Assembly: GCA_965277285.1 (NCBI GenBank)
Contig: OZ255721.1
Location: 128,001 to 192,000, forward strand
DNA from: Abditibacteriaceae bacterium
Lineage (GTDB): Bacteria > Armatimonadota > Abditibacteriia > Abditibacteriales > Abditibacteriaceae
Reading direction: 5' to 3'
Length of the DNA: 64,000 bases
Position numbers and translations under genes: made by a program. The stretch's first letter is position 1. Each line of letters begins with the position of its first letter. A model generated the notes under the pieces. It was not told where the DNA came from, searched no databases, and worked only from the letters and a program-made list of their open reading frames with translations. Positions 1-9,878 of this stretch are shown here, piece after piece.

Positions 1-120
1 ATCATGAACCACAGATGAACGTTGCGATGAACGAAAGGAATGCTGCGAGGATACACCAAAAAACAGTTTGACAAAAGGTATCAGGGAGACAAGCGGCTTT
101 CTGGCGACCTCTCAAATACA

Positions 121-162
121 TTCAAGCGACAGCCTTCGAGTACTCGAAAACTGTCGCTTGAA
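121..162 (-). terminator. Hairpin centred on the palindrome, just downstream of the 169-711 ORF
   Basis: TTCAAGCGACAG-CC-TTCGAGTACTCGAA-AA-CTGTCGCTTGAA. The two mismatches become G.U pairs on the minus (transcribed) strand. Confidence 0.6.
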
Positions 163-168
163 AGGTCG

Positions 169-711
169 TTAAGTGTGTTTGCGACGCGATTCGTTTTGCG
201 GCTCGTTGCGTGGCTCATCGGGCGGACGCGGCGTGCGCGCAACCGGATTTTCTGCCTTGGGCGTGACGCGCGTTTCCAAACCAGGCAAGGTTTTTTCTGC
301 ACTTGGCGCGTCTTCGTTTTCGTTTGCCGTCTCCAAATCGAAAACATCAATAATTTCTTCTGGTTTGGCGACTATGTCGGGCGTCATCGCAGCCAAATCA
401 GACAGCGAAAAAGTTTCGAGTTGGCGATGAAAATCGAGCACGTCTTCGGGCGTGACGACTTCTTCGTCGAGAAAACGATCACGTTCCTGATCGGTCATTT
501 CGTTGGGTTCGGCTTCGAGCATCGCCCAATCCCAGCGGCTTTCGGCGACAAAAGTTTCGCCCATGCGCTTGCAATGGCGGCAGCGATATTTCACGTAAAC
601 GTAATCGCGGCTCGCGTCTCCGGGCGCACGGCGTTCGTACAAATCGGTGCGTAAAACTTCCTTCGACAGCACCTGATGTCCGCAACGGCAACGCACAATT
701 GGTTTATTCAT
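169..711 (-). CDS. Hypothetical protein with Zn-ribbon-like Cys motifs
   Basis: CRCGH near the N-terminus and CRHCK; acidic, low-complexity C-terminus; GGAGG upstream. Confidence 0.7.
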   Translation of the reverse strand: MNKPIVRCRCGHQVLSKEVLRTDLYERRAPGDASRDYVYVKYRCRHCKRMGETFVAESRWDWAMLEAEPNEMTDQERDRFLDEEVVTPEDVLDFHRQLETFSLSDLAAMTPDIVAKPEEIIDVFDLETANENEDAPSAEKTLPGLETRVTPKAENPVARTPRPPDEPRNEPQNESRRKHT

Positions 712-810
712 GTTCAGCGCCCTCCACTCGAAAGTATCGCAAACAACGCCTCAGACAACAATGCGGAAACGTCCGCAAATCGAGTACTCGAAACTCTTCT
801 TTTGCCATCA

Positions 811-1278
811 TCATCCTGGCCCGTTGAAACTTAAGGCACGAAACATATGCAATTGAACATCGTATTCGACACCGAAAAACCCATCGCCGCCATCGCAAAC
901 CACCATCGGTTGAGTCTTCCAATCCTTGTCCGCCATCGAAGCTTCACACGCATTCAGATAAATCATTTTGCGACCTTGGCGCCTAAATCCCGCGTATTGT
1001 CGATAATAATTAGTCAGCGATAAATGCGATTTAGGTTTCTGAGCATTCCAGAAACGCGGCGACGCGGCTTCAAGATTTTGCACATCGCGTGGCGAAACTT
1101 TCCACCAACCATCGGCTCTCGGCGACTCGCGCGAACATTGATGAAACAAACCTTTGGCTGCTGCGCCCGATAAGGTTACACCTCGAACCGGCGTTGCGGT
1201 TCTCGCCGCTGCGCTCAGCGAACCCAGCGACGGAAGAAACGACATTGCAGCGATTAAACCCACCAAAGCGTTTTTCAT
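811..1278 (-). CDS. Secreted hypothetical protein
   Basis: Signal-peptide-like N-terminus MKNALVGLIAAMSFL; C-terminal VCDGGDGFFGVEYD. Confidence 0.7.
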   Translation of the reverse strand: MKNALVGLIAAMSFLPSLGSLSAAARTATPVRGVTLSGAAAKGLFHQCSRESPRADGWWKVSPRDVQNLEAASPRFWNAQKPKSHLSLTNYYRQYAGFRRQGRKMIYLNACEASMADKDWKTQPMVVCDGGDGFFGVEYDVQLHMFRALSFNGPG

Positions 1279-1311
1279 TTCGACCCTTTCTAATGCGTTT
1301 CAAACTAAACT

Positions 1312-2529
1312 TTAAGCGCCGCGCCAACTTGATGGCATAAACAATTGCAAATAAGTTTGCGAAGCGAAACGATCGGTCATGCCAGCGATGTAATCACAGA
1401 CGATGCGCGCGCGTTCCGGCTGCATCGCATTTGGCGCTTGCATCGCATTTTGCGGCACGCTCATGTTTCTCATCAATGCCGGTTCTTCCATAAATCGCTC
1501 GAACAACGCCGCGATGACGCGCATCACGCGTGGCGTTTCATCGACGCTCTCCAATTGATAAACGTGCTCAAACATCCAGTTTTTCAATTGGTCGGTCGCC
1601 TGCATCACGTCATCGCTCATCGCAATCCGCTCGCGTACACGACGAACTTTTGCATCGGTCGCGCCATCGCCATTCGAGTACTCGATATTCGTATTTTCAA
1701 GTTCGCTGTTCGTTAATTCGCTACTGGCGCGAATGATGGCGCCGATCATGGTCGTGATGCGTTTGGCGTGTGTGTCGCCCAAAATGGCGACGCAATCTTG
1801 CGGCAAATCGGCGGCGCGAATCAATCCAGCGCGCGTGGCATCGTCGATGTCGTGGTTGACATAGGCCACGCGATCGCAAATGCGCACGACTTGGCCTTCC
1901 AAAGTTGCCGGTAGATCGGGAAGTTTCCCGCTCTGAGAAGCCGCGTTTTCGCCGACCATCAAGTCGCTTTTGCCTTTGGAATGGTGCAGAATGCCGTCGC
2001 GCGTTTCCCACGTCAGGTTCAGGCCAGAACCGTTTTTTTCGAGTTTGTCGACCAGTCGCAGCGATTGTTCGTAATGGCGAAAGCGCGCGTTCGGGTCGAA
2101 CTTACGATAAGCCGCATCGAGCGCTTCTTCGCCGACATGACCAAACGGCGCGTGACCCAGATCGTGTCCCAAACCAATCGCTTCGGTCAAGTCTTCGTTG
2201 AGGCGCAGGGCGCGCGACACAGTTCGGGCGATTTGCGCGACTTCGAGCGTATGCGTCAAGCGTGTGCGATAATGGTCGTGCTCGGGCGACACGAAAACCT
2301 GCGTTTTGTGCTTCAAGCGGCGAAACGCCTTGCAATGCAAAATGCGGTCGCGGTCGCGCTGCCAGTCGGTTCGCAGGTCGTCTTCAGCTTCGCGGCGCAT
2401 TCTCCCGCGCGAAAGATGCGACTTGGCGGCGCGCGGATCGAGCCAGGCGTCTTCGCGCTCTTGCAACATTCGCCCGATGTCAGAAAATTCGGTGGAAGAC
2501 ATTAATTCCGTCACAATTCGAGTACTCAT
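1312..2529 (-). CDS. dgt: Deoxyguanosinetriphosphate triphosphohydrolase (HD family dGTPase)
   Basis: Motifs RDRDRILHCKAFRRLKHKTQVF, RTRLTHTLEVAQIAR, GHDLGHAPFGHVGE, DYIAGMTDRFA. Confidence 0.93.
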   Translation of the reverse strand: MSTRIVTELMSSTEFSDIGRMLQEREDAWLDPRAAKSHLSRGRMRREAEDDLRTDWQRDRDRILHCKAFRRLKHKTQVFVSPEHDHYRTRLTHTLEVAQIARTVSRALRLNEDLTEAIGLGHDLGHAPFGHVGEEALDAAYRKFDPNARFRHYEQSLRLVDKLEKNGSGLNLTWETRDGILHHSKGKSDLMVGENAASQSGKLPDLPATLEGQVVRICDRVAYVNHDIDDATRAGLIRAADLPQDCVAILGDTHAKRITTMIGAIIRASSELTNSELENTNIEYSNGDGATDAKVRRVRERIAMSDDVMQATDQLKNWMFEHVYQLESVDETPRVMRVIAALFERFMEEPALMRNMSVPQNAMQAPNAMQPERARIVCDYIAGMTDRFASQTYLQLFMPSSWRGA

Positions 2530-2617
2530 TAGGGAAGTATGGCACGGGAACGGCCTTTTAACCTTAACTTCGGCGTCAAACTCGTGAAAGATGTTTCGGA
2601 AAGAACCGAAGGATAGA

Positions 2618-2728
2618 ACACGGAACTTCGTTACACGGATTGAACAGGTTGCAACGGATCAGGAAAAAGAAATCGAGTACTCGAGAATCCGTGTTCATCC
2701 GTTCGATCCATGTAACGAAGTTCCGTGT
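2618..2728. repeat. Long imperfect inverted-repeat (REP/MITE-like) element with a palindrome copy in its loop
   Basis: ACACGGAACTTCGTTACACGGAT ... ATCCATGTAACGAAGTTCCGTGT; TCGAGTACTCGA at 2673. Confidence 0.7.
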
Positions 2729-2779
2729 CCCTTTTCCACTTTTAACTTGCAAATACAGCTTTTACAACATGAGAAAAAT

Positions 2780-3682
2780 ATGAAACAAACAACTCTTTAT
2801 GCGCTAATTCCCTTGACGTTTGGACTTCTGGCAGCCCCCGCACGCGCGTGGTGGCCGCAAGGTCACAGCCTGATAACTGCCGGTGCAGTGCGCGCTTTGC
2901 CCGCCGATGTTCCGGCGTTTTTCGAGCGCAACATCGACATTACGGCGAGTTGCGCGCAAGACCCGGACGCTTTCAAAAGCCGCGATTTGCCGCAAGTCAC
3001 CGATGCCGAAGCGCCCGATCATTTTTTCGACTGGGAAAATTTGGGCGGTCGAGCTTTGCCACCGACGCGCGGCGCCTTTATCAAACTGTGCGCGCAACTC
3101 AAAATTGATCCGCAGCACGTTGGTTACGTGCCATATTCAGTCGCCGAATGGACGCAGCGCTTGACTGTGGCTTTTGCCGAATACAGGAAAAGCCCGAACG
3201 ATGCGGCGATTCAGGCCAAGACGAGCGTTTATGCGGGCATTTTGTCTCACTACGCGGCGGATTTGTGTATGCCGCTCCATGTCACAGTTGACTTCGATGG
3301 CCGCGCTAATGCCGACGGACGTTCGCCACACAGCGGCATTCACGCCAGAATTGATTCGCTGCCGGAACGCTTGGGTCTGACTTCGCAACAATTGGCGCGG
3401 GGCCAAAACGTTCAACCCTTGGGCGATTTGATGACTGGCATCGTGCGTGAAATCGGCCTCAGCCGCGCGCAAATCAATACGGCGTATCGTTTGGCGAACC
3501 AGTTGCCGCCGGAAGATTTGAGACGGCAAACCTGGAAACCGTCCGCGATTATGCGCGCCTGGGCAACCGCTCGAACGCGCGAAGCGACACGTTTCACTGC
3601 CGCGCTTTTTCTCACGGCCTGGCGCAATTCCGCGAAACAGCAACCGCCGTCGTGGTGGCATCCGAAAGCGGCGCGGTTTTAG
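2780..3682 (+). CDS. S1/P1 nuclease / Zn-dependent phospholipase C family secreted protein
   Basis: Signal peptide ending ARA, then mature W-W-P-Q-G-H; HFFD, HYAADLCMPLH, GIHARID Zn-ligand motifs. Start moved to ATG 2780. Confidence 0.8.
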   Translation: MKQTTLYALIPLTFGLLAAPARAWWPQGHSLITAGAVRALPADVPAFFERNIDITASCAQDPDAFKSRDLPQVTDAEAPDHFFDWENLGGRALPPTRGAFIKLCAQLKIDPQHVGYVPYSVAEWTQRLTVAFAEYRKSPNDAAIQAKTSVYAGILSHYAADLCMPLHVTVDFDGRANADGRSPHSGIHARIDSLPERLGLTSQQLARGQNVQPLGDLMTGIVREIGLSRAQINTAYRLANQLPPEDLRRQTWKPSAIMRAWATARTREATRFTAALFLTAWRNSAKQQPPSWWHPKAARF

Positions 3683-3719
3683 CCACGAAGAACTGAAAGT
3701 GACTTTGCTGAAGCGATAA

Positions 3720-3788
3720 CGAACCCCCAGCGTAAGCGCGGGGCTGAAGTAACTGCTACGTCAGCTCCGCGCTTACGCTTGGGGTTCT
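3720..3788. repeat. REP-like inverted repeat, family A (GAACCC..AGCGT.AGCG)
   Basis: GAACCCCCAGCGTAAGCGCGGGGCTGA ... TCAGCTCCGCGCTTACGCTTGGGGTTC between convergent genes. Related copies at 8803/9818, 11260, 40634, 58037. Confidence 0.7.
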
Positions 3789-3829
3789 GGCCAGATGCGG
3801 CGTCTCGCGCGTTAAAAGTTTTAGCGTCT

Positions 3830-4891
3830 CTAAAAGTGCTGCGTCATCACCAGCAAGAAGGCGACGAAGAGAGCAATGCTCATCACGATCAGCATTCCAA
3901 CGGTGTTTTCGTCGCCAATCGAAGGTCGCGTCGAAGCTGCGTTGGACAAGCGTTCTACGTTTCGAGTACTCGAAACCTCGTCTGCTGCGAACATTGGCGC
4001 TTTTACGGATGTTTCATTGAATAACGCATCGTTTTCCTGCAACAGATTCCACCATTCGAGCGCAGTTTGCGGTCGCGCCAGTGCGTCCATCGCCAAACCT
4101 GTATGCAAAACGTGTTCGGTGTGCGCGCTGACCGTCGGGTTGATTTGTCTTAAGTCGGGCAGGGCGGTTCCCGAGGCGCGGTCGGGCGCATCGGGCGGCG
4201 GAGCGCCGGACAGCAAATGCCACAACGTCGCGGCGAGCGCGTAAACATCGCTCCAGGTTCCGGTGCGCGCCGCCCGCGAATACTGCTCGAGCGGCGCGTA
4301 GCCTGAGGTTCCCTGCGCGCTTTGCGGAACCAGCAACGTCGTCAAATAAGCGCCTGTCGGCACTGGACGCGTCAGGCCAAAGTCGAGCAGAACGACGCGC
4401 CCGTCGCGGCAACGAATCACATTCGCCGGTTTGATGTCGCCGTGCAAAAGTCCGCCGCGATGCACCGCGTCAACCGCTTCGCAGACCGGATGAATCAAAT
4501 CCAAGGCTTCATTTTGCGGCAAAGCGTCGCGCTCTTCCACAATTTCCTGCAAGGTTTGTCCGTCGAGAAATTCGGTCACGAGATACGCGGTGCCGTTTTC
4601 TTCCCACACGCCGAAAACATGGACGATGTTGCGATGAGCGAAACGCGCGAGGTTGCGCGCTTCCTCGACGAAAGCGGCGCGCATTTGCGAGTACTCGATG
4701 GCGTTGGACGATTGAACTTGCGCCCCGACGCGCGTGCTGCCGAACGGAAAAAACTCTTTGAGCGCGACATCACGCTGCAACGAGGTGTCGCGCGCGCGAT
4801 AAGTGAAGCCCGAACCGCCGCGCCCGATTTCTTCGCCCAACACAAAAACGCCATGTTGCAAAGTTGTCCCGATTGGCAAAGCGTCGTTCAT
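3830..4891 (-). CDS. Ser/Thr protein kinase with C-terminal TM helix
   Basis: IGRGGSG, VALKE, HGDIKPAN, DFG, GTSGYAPLEQ. Start ATG 4891 overlaps the upstream stop (ATGA). Confidence 0.88.
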   Translation of the reverse strand: MNDALPIGTTLQHGVFVLGEEIGRGGSGFTYRARDTSLQRDVALKEFFPFGSTRVGAQVQSSNAIEYSQMRAAFVEEARNLARFAHRNIVHVFGVWEENGTAYLVTEFLDGQTLQEIVEERDALPQNEALDLIHPVCEAVDAVHRGGLLHGDIKPANVIRCRDGRVVLLDFGLTRPVPTGAYLTTLLVPQSAQGTSGYAPLEQYSRAARTGTWSDVYALAATLWHLLSGAPPPDAPDRASGTALPDLRQINPTVSAHTEHVLHTGLAMDALARPQTALEWWNLLQENDALFNETSVKAPMFAADEVSSTRNVERLSNAASTRPSIGDENTVGMLIVMSIALFVAFLLVMTQHF

Positions 4892-6072
4892 GGAAGAGGA
4901 AAAGTCGGCAAGCGCCATATTGGTAAACGCCATAACAGCACTTCGTTGCCGCACAAGGCAATTATCGAAGAACCGTCGCGCGAGGCTGTGAGATGCAAGA
5001 CCGGCGCAGCAAGATGCGCGAGCGATGTCGTCGTTCCTGTCCACGAATCGAGACGCGCCAAAGTTCCCTGTGCGAATCCGATTACCACGCTGCGATTGTC
5101 AGCGAAGCACAACGCGGTGACAGCGCCGAAGTCCGCGTTTTCGCCAGCTGCAGGAAATTGTGCCAACTCGAAACCATTTTGCGACGCGTAAAGGCGCACT
5201 GTTCCATCATAGCCGCCGCTCGCCAGCATTTGCGCGTTGGGCGAAAACGCTACGCTGGAAACCCATAAATGGTGCGCCTCGAAACTCCATTGAGGCTGTG
5301 ATGTCATCTGCAACGCTTGCATGTTCCACATTTGAACTTGCCCACTTTCGTTGCCACAGACGAGCCAAGTCGCATTTGGCGCAATGGCCACACGATGCAA
5401 ACCACACAATTCGAGTGTTATTGCTGGCGCTTTCTGCGGAGATTTCAAATCCCACAACGCAATCGTTCCATCTTCGCTGGCCACGGCAAGAACTTCGGCC
5501 TCGCTCGCCATCGCCAACGATGTCGCAACCGCGCCCTTAGTCAGCAATCGAGTACTCGATGCGCCGTGCAACGCTTCCACAAGTTCGAGACGGCCATCAT
5601 CAAACGCCAGAACGACGCGTTCATGTGCCGCATCAAAACTCGCCATCGAACAACGGAAAATCTTTTTTGTGCGCGGTGCCGAAACCAATTGCAACGTGTC
5701 GCGCTGCAGATTCCAAAACTGCAAGGCGCCGTTGCTGGTCATCAGAGCAACGGTTTCCTCTTGTGATTGTTGCGACCAGAACGCGGCGCATAAAAGCGTT
5801 TCATCGACTTTGCGCCGCGCGATGAGTTGCAGTTCTTGTGGTTCTGATTGCTCAAGCGAGTTGTTCTGTTGTGGCTTTGTCGGCTTTGGAAGGTTTGGCA
5901 AAACGGCGCGACGTTGGGGAAGTTGCAGCGGCGCATTTAATGGCGGCGCGTCCAATCGAGTACTCGATTGCTTTGCGGCAGATTTTTGCGGCGGCAAACC
6001 ATGCAAGGGCGAACCGCAAGTACGGCAAGTTTCGCCTGAATTGTTGTCGGTGAAGCAAAAAGGACAACGCAT
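4888..6072 (-). CDS. Zn-ribbon + WD40 repeat protein
   Basis: CPFC..CRTC N-terminus; WD-like units (ASEDGTIALWDL, ASGGYDGTVRLY). Confidence 0.85.
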   Translation of the reverse strand: MRCPFCFTDNNSGETCRTCGSPLHGLPPQKSAAKQSSTRLDAPPLNAPLQLPQRRAVLPNLPKPTKPQQNNSLEQSEPQELQLIARRKVDETLLCAAFWSQQSQEETVALMTSNGALQFWNLQRDTLQLVSAPRTKKIFRCSMASFDAAHERVVLAFDDGRLELVEALHGASSTRLLTKGAVATSLAMASEAEVLAVASEDGTIALWDLKSPQKAPAITLELCGLHRVAIAPNATWLVCGNESGQVQMWNMQALQMTSQPQWSFEAHHLWVSSVAFSPNAQMLASGGYDGTVRLYASQNGFELAQFPAAGENADFGAVTALCFADNRSVVIGFAQGTLARLDSWTGTTTSLAHLAAPVLHLTASRDGSSIIALCGNEVLLWRLPIWRLPTFPLP

Positions 6073-6093
6073 GATGTTGCGAGGAACAGAGAC

Positions 6094-8790
6094 TTACTGC
6101 CATTTCAATTGATCTAAACGCCAGGTGAGCAGTTTTCCGTCGCCGTTTATGACATACAAAAATTTGTTGTCGGGCGAGAACGTGTAACCAGACAGCGGTA
6201 ACAATTGTAGAGGTGACACACCCGGAAGCGGATTGTCATCCCGCGTAGACAAAACAGCGATGCCCAAAGGCTTCATCGTTTTTGGGTCAAATCTTCTGAC
6301 GAAAGCAACCCAAGCGTCTTGAGCACCGGGGGATGAACATGAACATATGCCTAAGATAAAGCGAGGGCCTGAAGACCATACCAACGGCCAACTGCGCCAA
6401 GCATTGCTGGCTAATGAAGAAGGTGTGATGTCAGCCATTTCCTGCACGGCGGTATCGGAAGATTGAAAATCAATGATCGCTGTCCTCATCACTCCACCTG
6501 TGGGTGAGGGATTTGAGGTTGAGGTCGCAAAGCGATTGCCTGGCAAAAGTTGAGCTGCAAGCATATCTGCCGAATTTGGAAGATTTTGTATTGCTATCGT
6601 TTTTCCGGTTCGGACCTCGTATCGTTGCATCTGACTTTGACCCGCTGCCGCAGGAAAAAACGAAATCCACTGCTTTGAATCCAAAGTGAACATCAATCGA
6701 GAAAACGAAGTTTGTGCTCGAGTTGTAAAAAGTGTCTTGCCCGATTCTGTACTCCAAATCTCAATCGTCGAAGACGTTGGCATACCGATCACGAACTTTC
6801 CGTTTGGCGAAATATCAAAAGTCCCCGAGTAGTGAGTTTTACCTGGCTCCTCGCGCCAGAAAAACTTTCGTTTGCCCGTTTTTGCATCCCATAATTGTGC
6901 ACCGTTGACTGTTTGCTCTAACAAAAGCGAGCCATCGGCTGAAAACTTCCGCATCGCGCTACCTGCAATTTTTGGCAAAACACAAATTGGGCGCAAGGAA
7001 GGAACCTCATAAATGTGGCTTTTCTGGTTTAATCCATCAGTCACGATCAACTTTTTCCCGTCGGCAGAAAATTGACAAGAACCCTGTTCTATATATTGCA
7101 CGACCGGAAGTTGTCTGCTTGCAAAAGGCTGTTGCACCTCGAGATTCTGACTTTGAAGGAAGTCGTTTACATCTGTCGTCGGTTGAGAATTGTAGGCGGG
7201 AGTTATGGGAATAAGTTGTCCAGGGTCGGCGGCGTGCCTTTCCATTTTGCCAACAATGCTGAGAAAGGCAACGCCGAACATCACGCCAAAAATGCTCAAT
7301 ACAATCCGCAAAGGCGGCGGCACTTTGCTGCTGCGCACCTGAATCGAACCTTGAGAAGCCTGCGACGAAGGCAACAAAGGTTGCGCGCCGCTCGATGTTG
7401 ATTGCAACGAGGAAACCGCAGTTCCGCGCGTAGCGATTAAAGCCATCAGCGCGTCTTGCGGCGAAGTTCCGATGTTGGGTGCGGGAGGCGAAGGCGGCAG
7501 AGAGTTCAGCAATTGCTGGCGCGCTACAACCGAAGGTCGTTCATATTCTTTGTCGCCGCCAACATTGGTCGATGCCGTCGGATTTTTACGCGTTGTAAGC
7601 GAAGGTCGTTCATATTTCTTAACGACACCAACGCGAGACAAGGATTCTAACTTTTCGCGCGCTTCAATTGAGGCTCGCTCGTACTGCTTATCAAAACTCA
7701 AGTTCTCGTTGATGGTTTTGGTTTCTTTCTGCGGGAACTTGGGCGTGTAACCTTGAGCATTTGGCAATTGAGTACTCGATAGTTCGTTCTTTAATAGTGA
7801 CGACATCAGTAGCAAAGTGTGGCCGTGCAGCATTTGCAGGAACTCGTCCACGCTTTGCGGACGCCGCGCGACCTGCGTTTCCATTGCGCAACCCAGCGCC
7901 GCCGAAACTGTTGGGCTGACTTGCGGATTCAGTTCATGCGCCGGACGCAGTTCGACGCCCAGTGCGCGGTCGGATGCGGCGGGCGGCATTTCTCCCGTCA
8001 GCAAGTGATAAAGCGTCGCCGACAAACTGTAAATATCGGTGTAGGCGCCGCGCGTGGCGTTTTCGGCGTATTGTTCCAGCGGCGCGTAGCCTGGCGTTAC
8101 CACAACGCTGCGGTCTTGCGGAGTTTGCGTGCCGTTCGAGTACTCGAAAGAGTATTCGCGGGCGGTGCCGAAATCAATCAGCATCACGCGACCGTCATCG
8201 CATCGCACAATGTTGGCCGGCTTGATGTCGCGGTGCAACAATCCGCGACGATGCACTTCGCTCAAGGCCGCGCCGACGCGCTGCGCCAACCCCAAAACTT
8301 CCGGCTCGTCCAAAGGCTGGTTGCGCTCGTGCAAAACATCTTCGAGCGTTTGGCCTTCCAACAATTCCATTACCATGTAGGCCGCGTTGTTTTCTTCCCA
8401 AACGCTGTAAACATCGACAATGGACGGGTGCTTAAAACGCGCCAGCACGCGCGCTTCCTCGACAAATTGCTGCTTGAAGGATGAGAAATCCACAGACGAA
8501 ATCGCTTGCGACGGTTGCACGGTAAAAACTGGGAAACGCTTGCAACCAAAGGGGAAAAACTCTTTGATGGCGACCGGACGTTGCAGTGACAAATCGAAGC
8601 CGCGATAAGTGATGCCGAAACCGCCCTGACCTAAAACCGCGTCGATGCGATACGTTTCATATTGCAGCATTGTGCCCGGCGGCAACGCGTCGGTCGCGGC
8701 GACATCTGCGGCGCGCGACAACGAAGCGCCGCAGGAAGAACACGCGAGCGCATCATCGATGTTGGTCGAACCGCACAAAGAACAATTCAT
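6094..8790 (-). CDS. Zn-ribbon Ser/Thr kinase with TM helix and C-terminal WD40-like propeller
   Basis: CSLC..CSSC; LGQGGFGITY, HRDIKPANI, DFG, TPGYAPLEQY; TM IVLSIFGVMFGVAFLSIV; FSADG/ISPNG/FSPDN repeats. Confidence 0.88.
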   Translation of the reverse strand: MNCSLCGSTNIDDALACSSCGASLSRAADVAATDALPPGTMLQYETYRIDAVLGQGGFGITYRGFDLSLQRPVAIKEFFPFGCKRFPVFTVQPSQAISSVDFSSFKQQFVEEARVLARFKHPSIVDVYSVWEENNAAYMVMELLEGQTLEDVLHERNQPLDEPEVLGLAQRVGAALSEVHRRGLLHRDIKPANIVRCDDGRVMLIDFGTAREYSFEYSNGTQTPQDRSVVVTPGYAPLEQYAENATRGAYTDIYSLSATLYHLLTGEMPPAASDRALGVELRPAHELNPQVSPTVSAALGCAMETQVARRPQSVDEFLQMLHGHTLLLMSSLLKNELSSTQLPNAQGYTPKFPQKETKTINENLSFDKQYERASIEAREKLESLSRVGVVKKYERPSLTTRKNPTASTNVGGDKEYERPSVVARQQLLNSLPPSPPAPNIGTSPQDALMALIATRGTAVSSLQSTSSGAQPLLPSSQASQGSIQVRSSKVPPPLRIVLSIFGVMFGVAFLSIVGKMERHAADPGQLIPITPAYNSQPTTDVNDFLQSQNLEVQQPFASRQLPVVQYIEQGSCQFSADGKKLIVTDGLNQKSHIYEVPSLRPICVLPKIAGSAMRKFSADGSLLLEQTVNGAQLWDAKTGKRKFFWREEPGKTHYSGTFDISPNGKFVIGMPTSSTIEIWSTESGKTLFTTRAQTSFSRLMFTLDSKQWISFFPAAAGQSQMQRYEVRTGKTIAIQNLPNSADMLAAQLLPGNRFATSTSNPSPTGGVMRTAIIDFQSSDTAVQEMADITPSSLASNAWRSWPLVWSSGPRFILGICSCSSPGAQDAWVAFVRRFDPKTMKPLGIAVLSTRDDNPLPGVSPLQLLPLSGYTFSPDNKFLYVINGDGKLLTWRLDQLKWQ

Positions 8791-8847
8791 AGGAATTCAA
8801 TTAACGAACCCGAAGCGTCAGCGACGGTCTGAGAGGGTGTATAGGAA

Positions 8848-9309
8848 TCACGCAAGCCTTCGGAGCATAAGCCGGATCATGGCGAGATAAATCCAGGTTT
8901 CACTTGATTTGACATTTTGCTCATAGTCTTTTGAAAGCCTTCGACATCTTCCCAACCATGCAAAAGTTCTTTCGACAACCCAGCGACGCGGCAACGGCAC
9001 GTAGCCTTTGTTTTCATATTGACGGTTCACCAGGGCATTGCGGCTTATCACTCGGAGCGCAACGCCACAGTTTTCTCGCACCCAAGCCGCGAACTTGTGT
9101 CCCCAGTAGCCTGCATCCGCCCAAATCAACTGCAAACGTTGTGAAGGAAAGCGCCACAGGGCTTTGTCTTGCAAAAGTAATTTGGCTCCGTCACGCTCTT
9201 GAACGTTGGCAGCATGAACACACACTTGCAACAACAAGCCGTTGGTATCCACTAGAATATGACGCTTGCGCCCTTTTATTTTCTTGGCTGCATCAAAGCC
9301 TTTTGGCCC
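8848..9309 (-). CDS. IS5-family transposase, C-terminal DDE ORF (reached by -1 frameshift)
   Basis: The -1 frame reads [24 protein letters not shown]...WADAGY...[22 protein letters not shown]. Confidence 0.85.
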   Translation of the reverse strand, partial: GPKGFDAAKKIKGRKRHILVDTNGLLLQVCVHAANVQERDGAKLLLQDKALWRFPSQRLQLIWADAGYWGHKFAAWVRENCGVALRVISRNALVNRQYENKGYVPLPRRWVVERTFAWLGRCRRLSKDYEQNVKSSETWIYLAMIRLMLRRLA

Positions 9310-9656
9310 CCTTTTTCTGTGGTTTTGACGCTCTGGCTGTCCAGAATCGCTGCGCTGGGCGCCTCATCCCGTCCATCGGCCTGGCGCACTTGAGAACGCA
9401 ACGAACTGTGGATACCTTCGAGAGTGCCGTTGTCACGCCAGCGCCGGAAGTGATACCAAACCACAGTGTAAGGCGGAAAATCGTGAGGCAAAGCACGCCA
9501 CGAGCAGCCGTTGGTCAACTGATACAACAAAGCGTTGACGATCTCGCGTTGGGCGTAAAGCCTGCGCGTACCGCGCGCACGCTGTGGCTCGATCAAAGGG
9601 CGCAGCACTTGCCATTGTGCCTCGCTCAAATCACTGGGATAGCTCTGGCGTTTCAT
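9276..9656 (-). CDS. IS5-family transposase, N-terminal ORF (DUF4096-like)
   Basis: [33 protein letters not shown]; contains an A5G5 slippery run near its end. Confidence 0.88.
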   Translation of the reverse strand: MKRQSYPSDLSEAQWQVLRPLIEPQRARGTRRLYAQREIVNALLYQLTNGCSWRALPHDFPPYTVVWYHFRRWRDNGTLEGIHSSLRSQVRQADGRDEAPSAAILDSQSVKTTEKGGQKALMQPRK

Positions 9657-9705
9657 AAATGTAAGTCTAACCCTTTCCTATACACCCTCTAAGAATGAAG
9701 TCTCG

Positions 9706-9768
9706 GGCAACCACAAGGGTTGCCCCTACAAAGCAAATCTACCCGTAGGGGCAACCCTTGTGGTTGCC
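9706..9768. repeat. GTAG-type REP pair, family B
   Basis: GGCAACCACAAGGGTTGCCCCTAC ... GTAGGGGCAACCCTTGTGGTTGCC; near-identical copy at 27007-27068. Confidence 0.8.
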
Positions 9769-9878
9769 TTGTTCGGATAGGTTCTTAACTAATAGTGACA
9801 CGAAACTGCGAGTTAAGCCCGTCGCTGACGCTCAGGGTTCGTTGGTATATTCTTGCGTTCAAATCGAGTACTCGATTC

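Larger units (their letters stand above)
8833..9689 (-). mobile_element. IS5-family insertion sequence (IS1031-like), about 857 bp
   Basis: Terminal inverted repeats GAGGGTGTATAGGAA (8833-8847) and TTCCTATACACCCTC (9675-9689) enclose two transposase ORFs. Confidence 0.9.

Noticed and set aside
2591..2779. N-terminal extension of the S1/P1 nuclease ORF
   Set aside because: It is read-through of an inverted-repeat element; the signal peptide starts at 2780.
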